Assembly (NCBI GenBank): GCA_043814095.1
Contig: JBDRKI010000037.1
Location: 1-64,000, forward strand
Length of the DNA: 64,000 nucleotides
Direction: 5' to 3'
Source of the DNA: Armatimonadota bacterium
Lineage (GTDB): Bacteria; Vulcanimicrobiota; JACPDS01; JBDRKI01
The notes under the pieces are model-generated. The model saw only the letters and a program-made list of their open reading frames with translations. It was not told the DNA's origin and did not search any database. This document shows, in pieces, positions 8,999 through 19,335 of this stretch; the stretch's first letter is position 1, and each line of letters begins with the position of its first letter. Position numbers and translations under genes: made by a program.

Positions 8999-9895
8999 AT
9001 GCGAGAAATAGGCAGAATTGAGGATAAAAAGGCGGCGGCCGTTTTCAGTAATTATCTTTATATGCAGGGAATTGATAATATAATTAAGCCTGACGCGGAG
9101 GCGGGGTGGGCTGTTTGGATATATTCGGAAGACCGTATTCCCGAGGCGAAAGAAAAGCTCGCGCAGTTTTTTATAAATCCCGGAAGCCCCAGGTACTTGG
9201 AAGCAAATAAGGATGCGGAGATTAAAAAAAGACAGGATGAAAAAGAAGAAGCTCTCTCGCAGATTAAGTTAAGAAAACAAGTCGGCAGATTTGAAAGATT
9301 GGGTATTAATTCCAGCGGGCCGCTGACGCTCGGGCTTATTGTCTTAAGCTGTATTATAACGCTTCTGTGTATGTTCGGCAGTAATACCGGGTTTGTGGAT
9401 CTTTTCAGGATCTCGAATTATGTTTCCACAAGCGGCAGATTCTGGGACGGGCTTGTGGAAGTAAGCCGGGGCCAGGTCTGGCGGCTTATAACGCCTATCT
9501 TTATGCACTTCAGTATTATGCATATCTTTTTTAATATGCTCTGGCTCAAAAATCTGGGAAGCATGATTGAAAATAAAAAGGGGTGGCAGCTTCTTGCCGT
9601 TCTTGTTATCGTTATCGGAGTATCTTCAAACCTTGCGGAGTACGCTTTTTCCGGGCCTAATTTCGGCGGCATGTCTGGTGTTGTGTACGGGCTTTTCGGT
9701 TTTGTCTGGATGCAGTGGAGATTTAATCCCTTCTCGGGGTTTTATATGGACAGGTTCACCGTAATCACTATGATAATATGGTTCTTCCTTTGCTGGATGG
9801 GCATGATGGGGTCAATAGCCAATCTCGCACATACAGGCGGTCTTGCCATCGGTGTAATATGGGGATATCTTTACGCCAAACTTGTCAGGAAATAA
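8999..9895 (+). CDS. glpG: Rhomboid intramembrane serine protease (GlpG-like, with N-terminal soluble domain)
   Basis: WRLITPIFMHFSIMHIFFNMLW, GMSG catalytic Ser, ANLAHTGG catalytic His. Confidence 0.88.
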   Translation: MREIGRIEDKKAAAVFSNYLYMQGIDNIIKPDAEAGWAVWIYSEDRIPEAKEKLAQFFINPGSPRYLEANKDAEIKKRQDEKEEALSQIKLRKQVGRFERLGINSSGPLTLGLIVLSCIITLLCMFGSNTGFVDLFRISNYVSTSGRFWDGLVEVSRGQVWRLITPIFMHFSIMHIFFNMLWLKNLGSMIENKKGWQLLAVLVIVIGVSSNLAEYAFSGPNFGGMSGVVYGLFGFVWMQWRFNPFSGFYMDRFTVITMIIWFFLCWMGMMGSIANLAHTGGLAIGVIWGYLYAKLVRK

Positions 9896-9909
9896 AAATA
9901 AAAGAGAGT

Positions 9910-11235
<1,326 letters not shown>

Positions 11236-11257
11236 TTTTTTGTTCCAAAGTTATATA

Positions 11258-11818
11258 TTAAATATTTTTCAATATCCATTTTACAGCCTGTTTCTGGCGC
11301 TGTAATCCTTCATTTGTTATCTCCGCCAGCTGTTCATAAGATACGGTGCTAGGGACACTGCCAGGATTAACGGCTTTATGCAGTTTTTTAACCTGAGCAG
11401 GGGTTACGGGTTTACGGTTTAATTCTTTTTTGAGGATAATAATTACAGATTTGTCTTTTTTAGCTAAATGTATCAGTTTAGCAGCGGCTTTTTTCCTTAC
11501 GTCGTCAGTACGTGAGGTAAGGTTATGTATTGAATTCATTATTACTTCATATTTTTTATTTAACCTGTTGATTTTTTCTTCTGTTAAAGTAGGATTGTTT
11601 TTAAGTGCCAGCTGCAGAAAATTTTTCCATTCACCTTTATCAATCTTGGCATTATTATTTTGATCAAAATAATTAAAAAGGCCGGCCAGTTTAGCCTTTG
11701 TTTCAGCTTTTAATTTGCTAATATCGATATTTTTACCTCCGCCTAGAGGGATGCTCTTTAATTTGCTTTTCGGGTTCCATACATCGAATATTTTAAAACC
11801 TGCATTGATTTTATCCAT
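11258..11818 (-). CDS. Hypothetical protein with EF-hand-like loop and HEAT-like helix pair; member of the GACCTATATT regulon
   Basis: FDQNNNAKIDKGEW loop; LTSRTDDVRKKAAAKL; GGAGG SD. Confidence 0.7.
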   Translation of the reverse strand: MDKINAGFKIFDVWNPKSKLKSIPLGGGKNIDISKLKAETKAKLAGLFNYFDQNNNAKIDKGEWKNFLQLALKNNPTLTEEKINRLNKKYEVIMNSIHNLTSRTDDVRKKAAAKLIHLAKKDKSVIIILKKELNRKPVTPAQVKKLHKAVNPGSVPSTVSYEQLAEITNEGLQRQKQAVKWILKNI

Positions 11819-11842
11819 AAAAACCTCCGTTTTTAATATCTT

Positions 11843-11901
11843 CCTAATTTAATTATACATAAAATATTTATTAATGAATATAGGTCGAAAGAACTAATTT
11901 A
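11843..11901 (-). promoter_or_regulatory. GACCTATATT-box promoter, copy 1
   Basis: Minus strand: GACCTATATT starts at 11886, TATAAT at 11857 (+29), TTAAATTAGG at 11852 (+34). Confidence 0.75.
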
Positions 11902-11923
11902 TAATAGAAAGTACCGTTAATCA

Positions 11924-11948
11924 AGGATTTTTTTGTATTCTATAGAAA
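11924..11948 (+). promoter_or_regulatory. SigH-like promoter of treS
   Basis: AGGATTT at 11924, GAAA 21 nt later. Confidence 0.5.
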
Positions 11949-11988
11949 AATAATAATATTAATCATATTTTTTCCGTATGGAGGCCTT

Positions 11989-14118
11989 ATGAAGCGTGTA
12001 AGAAGTTTTTCCTCTGTTATTTTCACCTTTATCTTTATCGCGGTATTTGTATTAAACTTTTCAGCTTTAAGCGCGGATGAAAATTATACTAAGTGGCTGG
12101 AAGATCAGTCAATGCTTTACCAGGGAGGAGTGCTCGCACAGGAGTATTCGGGCTCATCAAAACAGTGGCAGTATCCTTACGGCAACCCTGAGCCCGCAAA
12201 ACTTTGCGGGGAAGCCTCTTTATGGTTCAGTTCGTATCCCGCTTCCATAATTACAAAAGAAGGACAGAGCGTCCTTCAGTATCTGGCACAGGAAAAATTA
12301 TGGGAAGTCTTTGACGGTATAGGCATACACGCTCTTCATACCGGCCCCTTAAAAAGATCGGGCGGTATTGACGGGAAAGAATATACACCCACCGTTGACG
12401 GTTATTTTGACCGTATAAGCTTAGAGATAGCGCCGGAGTTCGGCACAGAAGCACAGTATAAGGAGATGGTTAAAAATGCCGCTGAGTACAGTTCGGTAAT
12501 AGCGGGCGATGTTGTGCCCGGGCATACCGGCAAGGGCGCTGATTTTCTTCTTGCAACTATGAAATACAAAGATTATCCGGGTATTTATCATATTATAGAG
12601 ATTAATGAAAAAGACTGGGATATGCTACCCTCGGTTCCTGAAGGAAAAAGCAGTATTAATCTTTCACCTGATGAGGTTTTAAAACTTAAGAAAGCCGGTT
12701 ATATCGTAGGGAAACTGCGGAGAGTTATTTTTTACGCTAAAGGGATAAAAGAAACAAACTGGAGCGCTACCGATACCGTAAAAGGAACCGACGGGAAAGA
12801 AAGAAGATGGGTTTACCTTCATTATTTCAAGGAAGGCCAGCCCACAATGGACTGGCTTGATCCTTCATTCGCCGCGGACAGGCTGATTGCCGGGGACGTT
12901 ATTAAAACAGTAGGGGTATTAGGCGCTAAAATTATAAGGCTGGACGCTAACGGTTTTTTAGGTATTGAGCCTGTTGAAGATTCCGTTACCGCCTGGTCGG
13001 AAGGCCATCCGCTCTCTGTCAATTCCACTAATTTAGTATCAATGCTTACAAGAAAGCTCGGCGGGTTCTCTTTCCAGGAGCTTAACTTAAGTTTTGAAGA
13101 TATTAAGAAATTCTCGGTTAACGGGCCCGATATGTCATATGATTTTATAACGCGCCCGGCGTATTGCCACGCGCTTCTTACAGGGGATGCTTCTTTCCTG
13201 CGGTTATGCCTTAATTTAATGCATAAATATGATATAGACCCCGGAGCTTTGATACATTCCATGCAGGTGCATGATGAGCTTACCTATGAGCTTGTTCATT
13301 TTGCGGACCACGGAAGTGAAATGTTCCCGTTTCACGGAAAAGAGATATCGGGAAATGACCTGCGCGACTTTATAATAAATCAGATGAAGGAGATAGCGGC
13401 AGGCAAAAACGCCCCCTATAACATGTTAAGCGGGAACGGGCTCTGCGCCACCTTTGCGAGCCTCTGCACAGCAGCCTTCGGCATTAAAGACCCTTATAAT
13501 ATGACAGAAGAAGAAACAGAACTTGTTAAACGGGGGCATCTGCTTCTCGCGTTTTACAATGCCATGCAGCCCGGGGTTATGTCTGTTTCGGGCTGGGATT
13601 TAGTTGGTGCGCTTCCATTACCTCTTTCATCAGTTAAAGAGCTTGTAGCGGATGAGGATTATAGATGGATTATAAGGGGGGCTTATGATCTGCTCGGCGA
13701 GAATCCCGGAGCGGATAAGGCATTATCATCAGGGCTTCCTAAAGCGGCGTGCATTTACGGATCTCTCCTAGCACAGTTTAAAGACCCTGATTCATTTGCA
13801 TCGCGGCTTAAAGATATTATGCAGATAAGAGAAAAATACAAGATAAATCTATCAGAGCAGATAGCGGTGCCTGAAGTTAAGAACAACGGTGTAGTCATAA
13901 TGGTGCACCGCCTGCCTGACGGAGCCGGCATAGAGATGACCGCTATTAATTTCGGGAGAACTCCCGCAGAGGAAACGGTTAATATGAAAGAACTCTGCAA
14001 TACGGAAATTACCGATATTATAAATGAAAAAGCAATAGGAGAAGTTGCAGGGGAAGGTTCTTTTACTTTTAAGATGGAGCCTCTTTCCGCAAATGCTTAT
14101 TTATTTACTTCCAAGTGA
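11989..14118 (+). CDS. treS: Trehalose synthase (maltose alpha-D-glucosyltransferase, Pseudomonas stutzeri type GH13) with predicted signal peptide
   Basis: WLEDQSML, DVVPGHTGKGADF, RWVYLHYFKEGQP, RLDANGFLG, FQELNL, HDELTYELVHF. Confidence 0.85.
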   Translation: MKRVRSFSSVIFTFIFIAVFVLNFSALSADENYTKWLEDQSMLYQGGVLAQEYSGSSKQWQYPYGNPEPAKLCGEASLWFSSYPASIITKEGQSVLQYLAQEKLWEVFDGIGIHALHTGPLKRSGGIDGKEYTPTVDGYFDRISLEIAPEFGTEAQYKEMVKNAAEYSSVIAGDVVPGHTGKGADFLLATMKYKDYPGIYHIIEINEKDWDMLPSVPEGKSSINLSPDEVLKLKKAGYIVGKLRRVIFYAKGIKETNWSATDTVKGTDGKERRWVYLHYFKEGQPTMDWLDPSFAADRLIAGDVIKTVGVLGAKIIRLDANGFLGIEPVEDSVTAWSEGHPLSVNSTNLVSMLTRKLGGFSFQELNLSFEDIKKFSVNGPDMSYDFITRPAYCHALLTGDASFLRLCLNLMHKYDIDPGALIHSMQVHDELTYELVHFADHGSEMFPFHGKEISGNDLRDFIINQMKEIAAGKNAPYNMLSGNGLCATFASLCTAAFGIKDPYNMTEEETELVKRGHLLLAFYNAMQPGVMSVSGWDLVGALPLPLSSVKELVADEDYRWIIRGAYDLLGENPGADKALSSGLPKAACIYGSLLAQFKDPDSFASRLKDIMQIREKYKINLSEQIAVPEVKNNGVVIMVHRLPDGAGIEMTAINFGRTPAEETVNMKELCNTEITDIINEKAIGEVAGEGSFTFKMEPLSANAYLFTSK

Positions 14119-14179
14119 ATAAATAATAAATCAATAAAAAAACAGCAAAGGTGCAGTCTGGAGAAATAGGCATATCTAC

Positions 14180-14208
14180 TTGATTGTAAATTTACGGTGG
14201 ATTATAAT
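14180..14208 (+). promoter_or_regulatory. Sigma70-type promoter
   Basis: TTGATT-17 bp-TATAAT. Confidence 0.6.
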
Positions 14209-14241
14209 TAATATGTAATGTATATAAAATGGGGGGTAATT

Positions 14242-16071
14242 ATGAGAAAGAATATCTTTATTCTGGCAGCTCTTTCTTTATTATTTTTATGCCTTGTTTT
14301 TGTTCTGCCGGGGTGCGGAGGCGGAAGCGGGGGAGGAGGAGGCGGTGGCGGCGGCGGAAGCAGCAGTGATAACACGACTACTGATGATACCGCGTCTCCC
14401 GCCGAGCCTGAAGTTACGGTAACTCCGGAACCTGCGAATAAAGGAGCGCTAATCACCGTAACTATGCCGGATAATTCCGCGGTTGCCGTTTTTGCAGGCG
14501 TAACTGATTATCCGGAAGGCGAGTATGATTTAAATTATACCGCTAATGACGCTATAGATTTTAAAAACGCCCTTATAGGGAATGAGCTATGGAACGGGGC
14601 TTCGGTATCTGTTCAGAATAATGTTCAGGTAACTAAGTCCATGATAAGAAATGCGGTTGAGTCCGCGAAAAACAGGATAAACAGCGACGGCCTTTTTATA
14701 TTCATGTATTCCGGTCACGGTACAAGTTCCGGTACTACCGGCTACATTGTTCCTTATGATGCGCTAATAGATTTAGACAACCTTATAAGCGAAGATGAGC
14801 TTAAAAGTTGGCTGGGCGAATTTGCTTCAAACGTTAAAAAATATGTTGTTATAGATTCATGCTACAGCGGTGAGTTTATAGATAAGAAAGCGGATATTAA
14901 AGGCAGCTGCGTTGATATTAAGGCTAAGTTTGTAAAAATACCGGGTTTTGACGGGAAATATGATAATGATAAATTCGCGAAGTCACTTTCAAGCGTATCA
15001 AATATTAGCGTGCTAACAGCATGCAGCCGGGACGAAATAAGTTATGAGTACGGCCCTGTTCAGAACGGTTTATTGATATATGCGGTTGATCATGCGTTAT
15101 GGCCCGGGTCTGTTATAGGTCCGTCTGATGAAGAAGGAGATAATGTAATATATACCAATGAGCTGGGTGATTATGCAAAGGCTTTTGTGCCTGCCATGAT
15201 CAGTTCACAGAATCCGCAGTCATACGAGAGCTGTCAGATGAAGATAAAAAGTTCCTGTATACCGGGATATAATAAAGGCACGCTTATAACCATAACAAAT
15301 CCGGATAAAACAAAATGTGCCGTTATTGTAGGAGTAAATGATTATCCCGGCGAGGTAAATGATTTAAATTATACAGTTACCGATGCCGCGGATGTAAAAA
15401 GCAGCCTGCTTGGAGCTGTTTTCCCGCTTGATTCCACTGTTAGTGTTCAGAATAATGTCCAGGTTACTAAATCAATGATAGAAACAGCCATTACTAATGC
15501 GAAAAACAGTATTGCGGGCAATGGTCTTTTTATATTTACCTATTCCGGTCACGGTACGAGTTCGGGAGACACAGGTTATATTATTCCATACGACGCTCTT
15601 ATAGATATAGATAATCTTATAAGTGAGGATGAACTGAGAATATTGCTGGATGGTTTTTCTTCAAGCGTAAAAAAATGTGTTTTACTTGATTCCTGTTACA
15701 GCGGTAGTTTTATTGATAAAAGCTCCGGCAGGAAAACAAGATTTGTGCCTATAGAAGGATTTAATCCCGGTTACAGGAGTGAAAAATTTGCAAAATCAAT
15801 AGTAGGTTCTTCCAATACTTATGTAATTACCGCTTCCCGCGGGGATGAAACTTGCTGGGAATTCGAATTTTTAGAAAACGGATTATTTACATATTATGTA
15901 TATAACGGATTGGGGCCCGGAGCCTTTGTCGGGTTGGCTGATTCAAACGGTGACTGCTATGTAACGGCAGAAGAGCTGTATTCTTATGTATCGTCTAAAG
16001 TTACAAGCGCGGTAGCTAACCAGCACCCCCAGTCTTATGATAATTATTCAGGGAGCCTTACAATTAAATAA
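14242..16071 (+). CDS. Lipoprotein with two tandem caspase-family (peptidase C14, clan CD) domains
   Basis: Lipobox LPGC plus poly-Gly linker; two copies of F.YSGHG...DSCYSG (His-Cys dyad); start at ATG 14242 after GGGGG SD. Confidence 0.88.
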   Translation: MRKNIFILAALSLLFLCLVFVLPGCGGGSGGGGGGGGGGSSSDNTTTDDTASPAEPEVTVTPEPANKGALITVTMPDNSAVAVFAGVTDYPEGEYDLNYTANDAIDFKNALIGNELWNGASVSVQNNVQVTKSMIRNAVESAKNRINSDGLFIFMYSGHGTSSGTTGYIVPYDALIDLDNLISEDELKSWLGEFASNVKKYVVIDSCYSGEFIDKKADIKGSCVDIKAKFVKIPGFDGKYDNDKFAKSLSSVSNISVLTACSRDEISYEYGPVQNGLLIYAVDHALWPGSVIGPSDEEGDNVIYTNELGDYAKAFVPAMISSQNPQSYESCQMKIKSSCIPGYNKGTLITITNPDKTKCAVIVGVNDYPGEVNDLNYTVTDAADVKSSLLGAVFPLDSTVSVQNNVQVTKSMIETAITNAKNSIAGNGLFIFTYSGHGTSSGDTGYIIPYDALIDIDNLISEDELRILLDGFSSSVKKCVLLDSCYSGSFIDKSSGRKTRFVPIEGFNPGYRSEKFAKSIVGSSNTYVITASRGDETCWEFEFLENGLFTYYVYNGLGPGAFVGLADSNGDCYVTAEELYSYVSSKVTSAVANQHPQSYDNYSGSLTIK

Positions 16072-16092
16072 ATAATAGTAATAACAATAAAT

Positions 16093-16133
16093 ATTACAAG
16101 AAATACATGATTTTACTATGTATTTCTTGTAAT
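16093..16133 (+). terminator. AT-rich inverted repeat, probable terminator
   Basis: ATTACAAGAAATACAT-9 nt-ATGTATTTCTTGTAAT. Confidence 0.55.
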
Positions 16134-16169
16134 TCATTTAATCTTTCCGTTATTTTTCTTGTTTTTCAT

Positions 16170-16250
16170 AAAAATACTCCATGTATCCTCTAAAAATACT
16201 CCTTTTGACCTATATTTTAATTCCTCATTTTGTTTTAAAGTTAAATTAGG
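16170..16250 (+). promoter_or_regulatory. GACCTATATT-box promoter, copy 2
   Basis: AAAAATACTCC at 16170 and 16192, GACCTATATT at 16207, TAAAGT at 16236 (+29), TTAAATTAGG at 16241. Confidence 0.8.
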
Positions 16251-16283
16251 GGGATAATATAGTACTTTAAAGGAGTGGTTTAA

Positions 16284-17300
16284 ATGTCAGATGCTGTTTA
16301 CAGGGTCACACCTGTAAAGAGAATTGAGCTTCATGAAGGCACTCTTAGCAAGGCGCTTAATGCGTACAGCAGAACCGTAAAACTTCTGCCGAGAGCGCTG
16401 AAAGCGCCTTCAGTAAAGCCTTCTGGGGCGGGTATTTCCAGATTTGCTTTAAGAGTAATAGATAAACTGGGAGAGATAAGGCATATTTTAATTAAGGACG
16501 GGGGAGCATCTGAAAGAGCCGTGGATGAAGTGCTTGGCAAGCTGCTTGAAAAACGGGGGCTTTCATTTAAAGATCTTCCCAAGGCGGATATAAGGGTATT
16601 GAAAGAGCTGGATAAAGCTTTGACTTCAAGAAATGCTTTAAAAATAATAGTTGATGAAGTTAAACTGGTAATGCAGAGAAACTTGATTATAAAAGAAATA
16701 ATGGAGTTTATTAAATATCTAGCCGATAAATTGAAAATGACGCGTCAGGAAGTTTTCAATATGCTGAAAAATAATCTTAACCAGCTTTACAGGTATATAT
16801 CTGTTCAGTTGTCTGACGGCGGAGCGGATGAGGTTGAGATGCTTGCCATGCGCCGCAACCTTGAGGTTATACATAATTTACTTAATAATGTTGAAAATTT
16901 AACGGCAAAGACTCTCTCCAGATTTAGTGTAAGGGAATTAACCAGAATTTTAAGGGCCATAAAGAATACTATGGATGTTCAGACTATAAGAACGGCCGGG
17001 GCTGTAACAAATGTTTTAGTTATCGCCCAGCAGGAAGTTATAGTGCCTGCCGCAAGCGCTCTGGGAAGAGTTCTTTTAGGTGCAGGTGCCGTTACCGTGG
17101 GTGCTACGGTCGGCTGGATTGCCGGCAGGCTTATAGGAGAACACTTCTATATTAAAAACAATAAGGGTAAATATGTAAATGTAGATACCCATGTCCAGAA
17201 ATTCTTTGAAAATAAGATGGACTGGGCTTTGTTCGTGTCGCGCTATGATACCGAATGGGGTTCTGCCGCAAAAGACAAGTTATTTAAGAAGAAAAAGTAA
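16284..17300 (+). CDS. Hypothetical helical protein with C-terminal glycine-zipper hydrophobic segment (paralog A)
   Basis: LLGAGAVTVGATVGWIAGRLIG; ends VSRYDTEWGSAAK; AAGGAG SD; paralog of 31094..32164. Confidence 0.75.
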   Translation: MSDAVYRVTPVKRIELHEGTLSKALNAYSRTVKLLPRALKAPSVKPSGAGISRFALRVIDKLGEIRHILIKDGGASERAVDEVLGKLLEKRGLSFKDLPKADIRVLKELDKALTSRNALKIIVDEVKLVMQRNLIIKEIMEFIKYLADKLKMTRQEVFNMLKNNLNQLYRYISVQLSDGGADEVEMLAMRRNLEVIHNLLNNVENLTAKTLSRFSVRELTRILRAIKNTMDVQTIRTAGAVTNVLVIAQQEVIVPAASALGRVLLGAGAVTVGATVGWIAGRLIGEHFYIKNNKGKYVNVDTHVQKFFENKMDWALFVSRYDTEWGSAAKDKLFKKKK

Positions 17301-17329
17301 CAGAAAAATTTTAACAATAATAATCTTAA

Positions 17330-17362
17330 AGACCGCTTTTATAAAAAGGCGGTCTGTTTTTT
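17330..17362 (+). terminator. Intrinsic terminator
   Basis: AGACCGC...GCGGTCT stem followed by a T-run. Confidence 0.7.
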
Positions 17363-17469
17363 CTTCTTTTCTTCTTTTCTTTGTAATTAACAATAAAGGG
17401 AGAAATTCTTAATTGTGGAATAATTAAGTTTAAAAAATAATCTCACTTTGTTTCTAATGAGGATTTATT

Positions 17470-18027
17470 ATGAAAAGATGCCCGTGGCCTGGGGATGATG
17501 AGCTATACATAAAATACCATGATGAAGAATGGGGTGTCCCGGTTCATAATGACAGGAAGCATTTTGAATTTCTGGTTCTGGAATCGGCCCAGGCAGGATT
17601 AAGCTGGATAACTATACTGAGAAAAAGGGAGAATTACCGGGTTCTGTATGACAATTTTGATCCGGTAAAAGTTGCTAACTACGGCAAAAAGAAAATTGAC
17701 GAGCTTATCAAAAATGCGGGCATAATCAGGAACCGCAAGAAAATAGAAGCATCTGTAAATAACGCGAAAAGGTTTCTTGCAATTGTGGATGAGTTCGGCA
17801 GTTTTGATAAATATATATGGAAGTTTGTAAATTACAAGCCCGTTAAGAATAAGTGGAAGAATATATCCCGGATTCCGGCTAAAACGGAATTATCCGACAT
17901 GGTAAGCAATGATCTTAAGAAAAGAGGTTTTAAATTCCTGGGTTCTGTAATTATTTATGCCCATATGCAGGCAACAGGACTTGTAAATGACCATCTTATT
18001 TCATGCCACAGGTATAAAATCAAATAA
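17470..18027 (+). CDS. tag: DNA-3-methyladenine glycosylase I
   Basis: RCPW, YHDEEWGVP, LESAQAGLSW, GIIRNRKKI, GLVNDHLISC. Confidence 0.95.
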   Translation: MKRCPWPGDDELYIKYHDEEWGVPVHNDRKHFEFLVLESAQAGLSWITILRKRENYRVLYDNFDPVKVANYGKKKIDELIKNAGIIRNRKKIEASVNNAKRFLAIVDEFGSFDKYIWKFVNYKPVKNKWKNISRIPAKTELSDMVSNDLKKRGFKFLGSVIIYAHMQATGLVNDHLISCHRYKIK

Positions 18028-18045
18028 TAAATGAGGCATAATAAT

Positions 18046-19334
18046 ATGAACTTGTATAAAGAAATAATTAAAAATGAAGTATTTCCGGCCATGGGATGCA
18101 CAGAACCCATATCAATAGCGTACGCGGCATCCATTGCGGCAGAAGGCACGGGAGAGGTACCCGAAGAGCTCCTTATACTGGTTAACCAGGGCTCTTATAA
18201 GAACGGGCTTGCCGTTACAATACCAAATACGGGCGGGGAGAAAGGCACCTTATAGCAGGGATACTGGGTTCCCTTATTGTCAAACCCGAGCTTAAGATGG
18301 AGATATTAAAAGACGTTACTCCTTCAATTCTTGCAAATGCTAAAAAACTTGCCGGTAATAAAAAGTTTTCCATAAATGTTCACCCGCATATCCAGGAATT
18401 TTATGTTGAGGTACAGCTTAAGACAAAATCGCATAGTAACATATGTATAATATCGGGAAGCCATACTAACTGTGTTTATCTTGAGAAAAACGGGAAAGTA
18501 ATTATTGATAAACGCGGTGAGGTCCATGAAAAAGAATCAGCTTCCTATAAAGACAAGGTGAGGAATCTAACTCTTTCCGAGCTTGTTGATCTTGCGGAAA
18601 ATATTGATGAAAAGGACATGGAATATTTAAAAAAAGGCATAGAGATGAACATGGAAATATTCCGTGCGGGCCAGAAACTTAAAAAAATCGGCTGGTTCAT
18701 GACAGATCTCATTAATAAAAAAATGCTGCTGGACGATATATTTTCATCCACAAAAGTAATGGTTGCATGCGCGGTTGACGCGAGAATGGACGGTTTTCCG
18801 CTTCCCGCCATGGCAAGCGGCGGGAGCGGCAACCAGGGAATAGTTGCAACACTCGTCCCTTATAATGTTGGTAAGGAATTTAAAGTTGATGAAAAAGTAA
18901 TACTTAAAAGCATAGCTCTTTCACATGTATTAAATTCATATATTAAATGCTTTACAGGGGACCTTGCTCCTATATGCGGGTGCGCCATAGCGGCCGGGGT
19001 AGGGGCGGCAAGCGCAATTGTATACCAGCAGAAAGGCAAGGATATAGAATCTATAACGTTTGCCATAAACAACCTTATAAGCGACTTAGGCGGCATGTTA
19101 TGCGACGGGGCCAAAAGCGGGTGCGCGTTAAAGGTTGTAAGCTCAGCTGATGCGGCTATAAGATCGGGTTATCTTGGTATCCATAATTACGGCATCACAA
19201 GCATAGAAGGTTTTATAGGGGCAAGTGCTGAGGAAACCATAAGAAATTTAAATAAAATTACAAAAATAGGTATGGCAAATATGGATGATACCATAATAAA
19301 TATAATGCTTGAAAAAAGCCGTATAGGAGGATAA
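18046..19334 (+). pseudogene. L-cysteine desulfidase-like (YhaM/CyuA, UPF0597) gene split by a 1-bp frameshift near 18247
   Basis: PAMGCTEP in the 5' part; ARMDG...SGGSGNQG, CGC and GMLCDGAKSGCALK in the 3' part; adding one base gives continuous GEKG(N)LIAGILGSLIVKPELKMEIL. Confidence 0.8.
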
Positions 19335-19335
19335 G

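Noticed and set aside
14208-14456. Poly-proline ORF on the minus strand
   Set aside because: Antisense shadow of the poly-Gly linker of the caspase lipoprotein.
16205-16241. TTGACC read as an ordinary -35 hexamer
   Set aside because: It lies 25 nt from the -10, and TT is not conserved in copies 1 and 4 (TCGACC, AAGACC).
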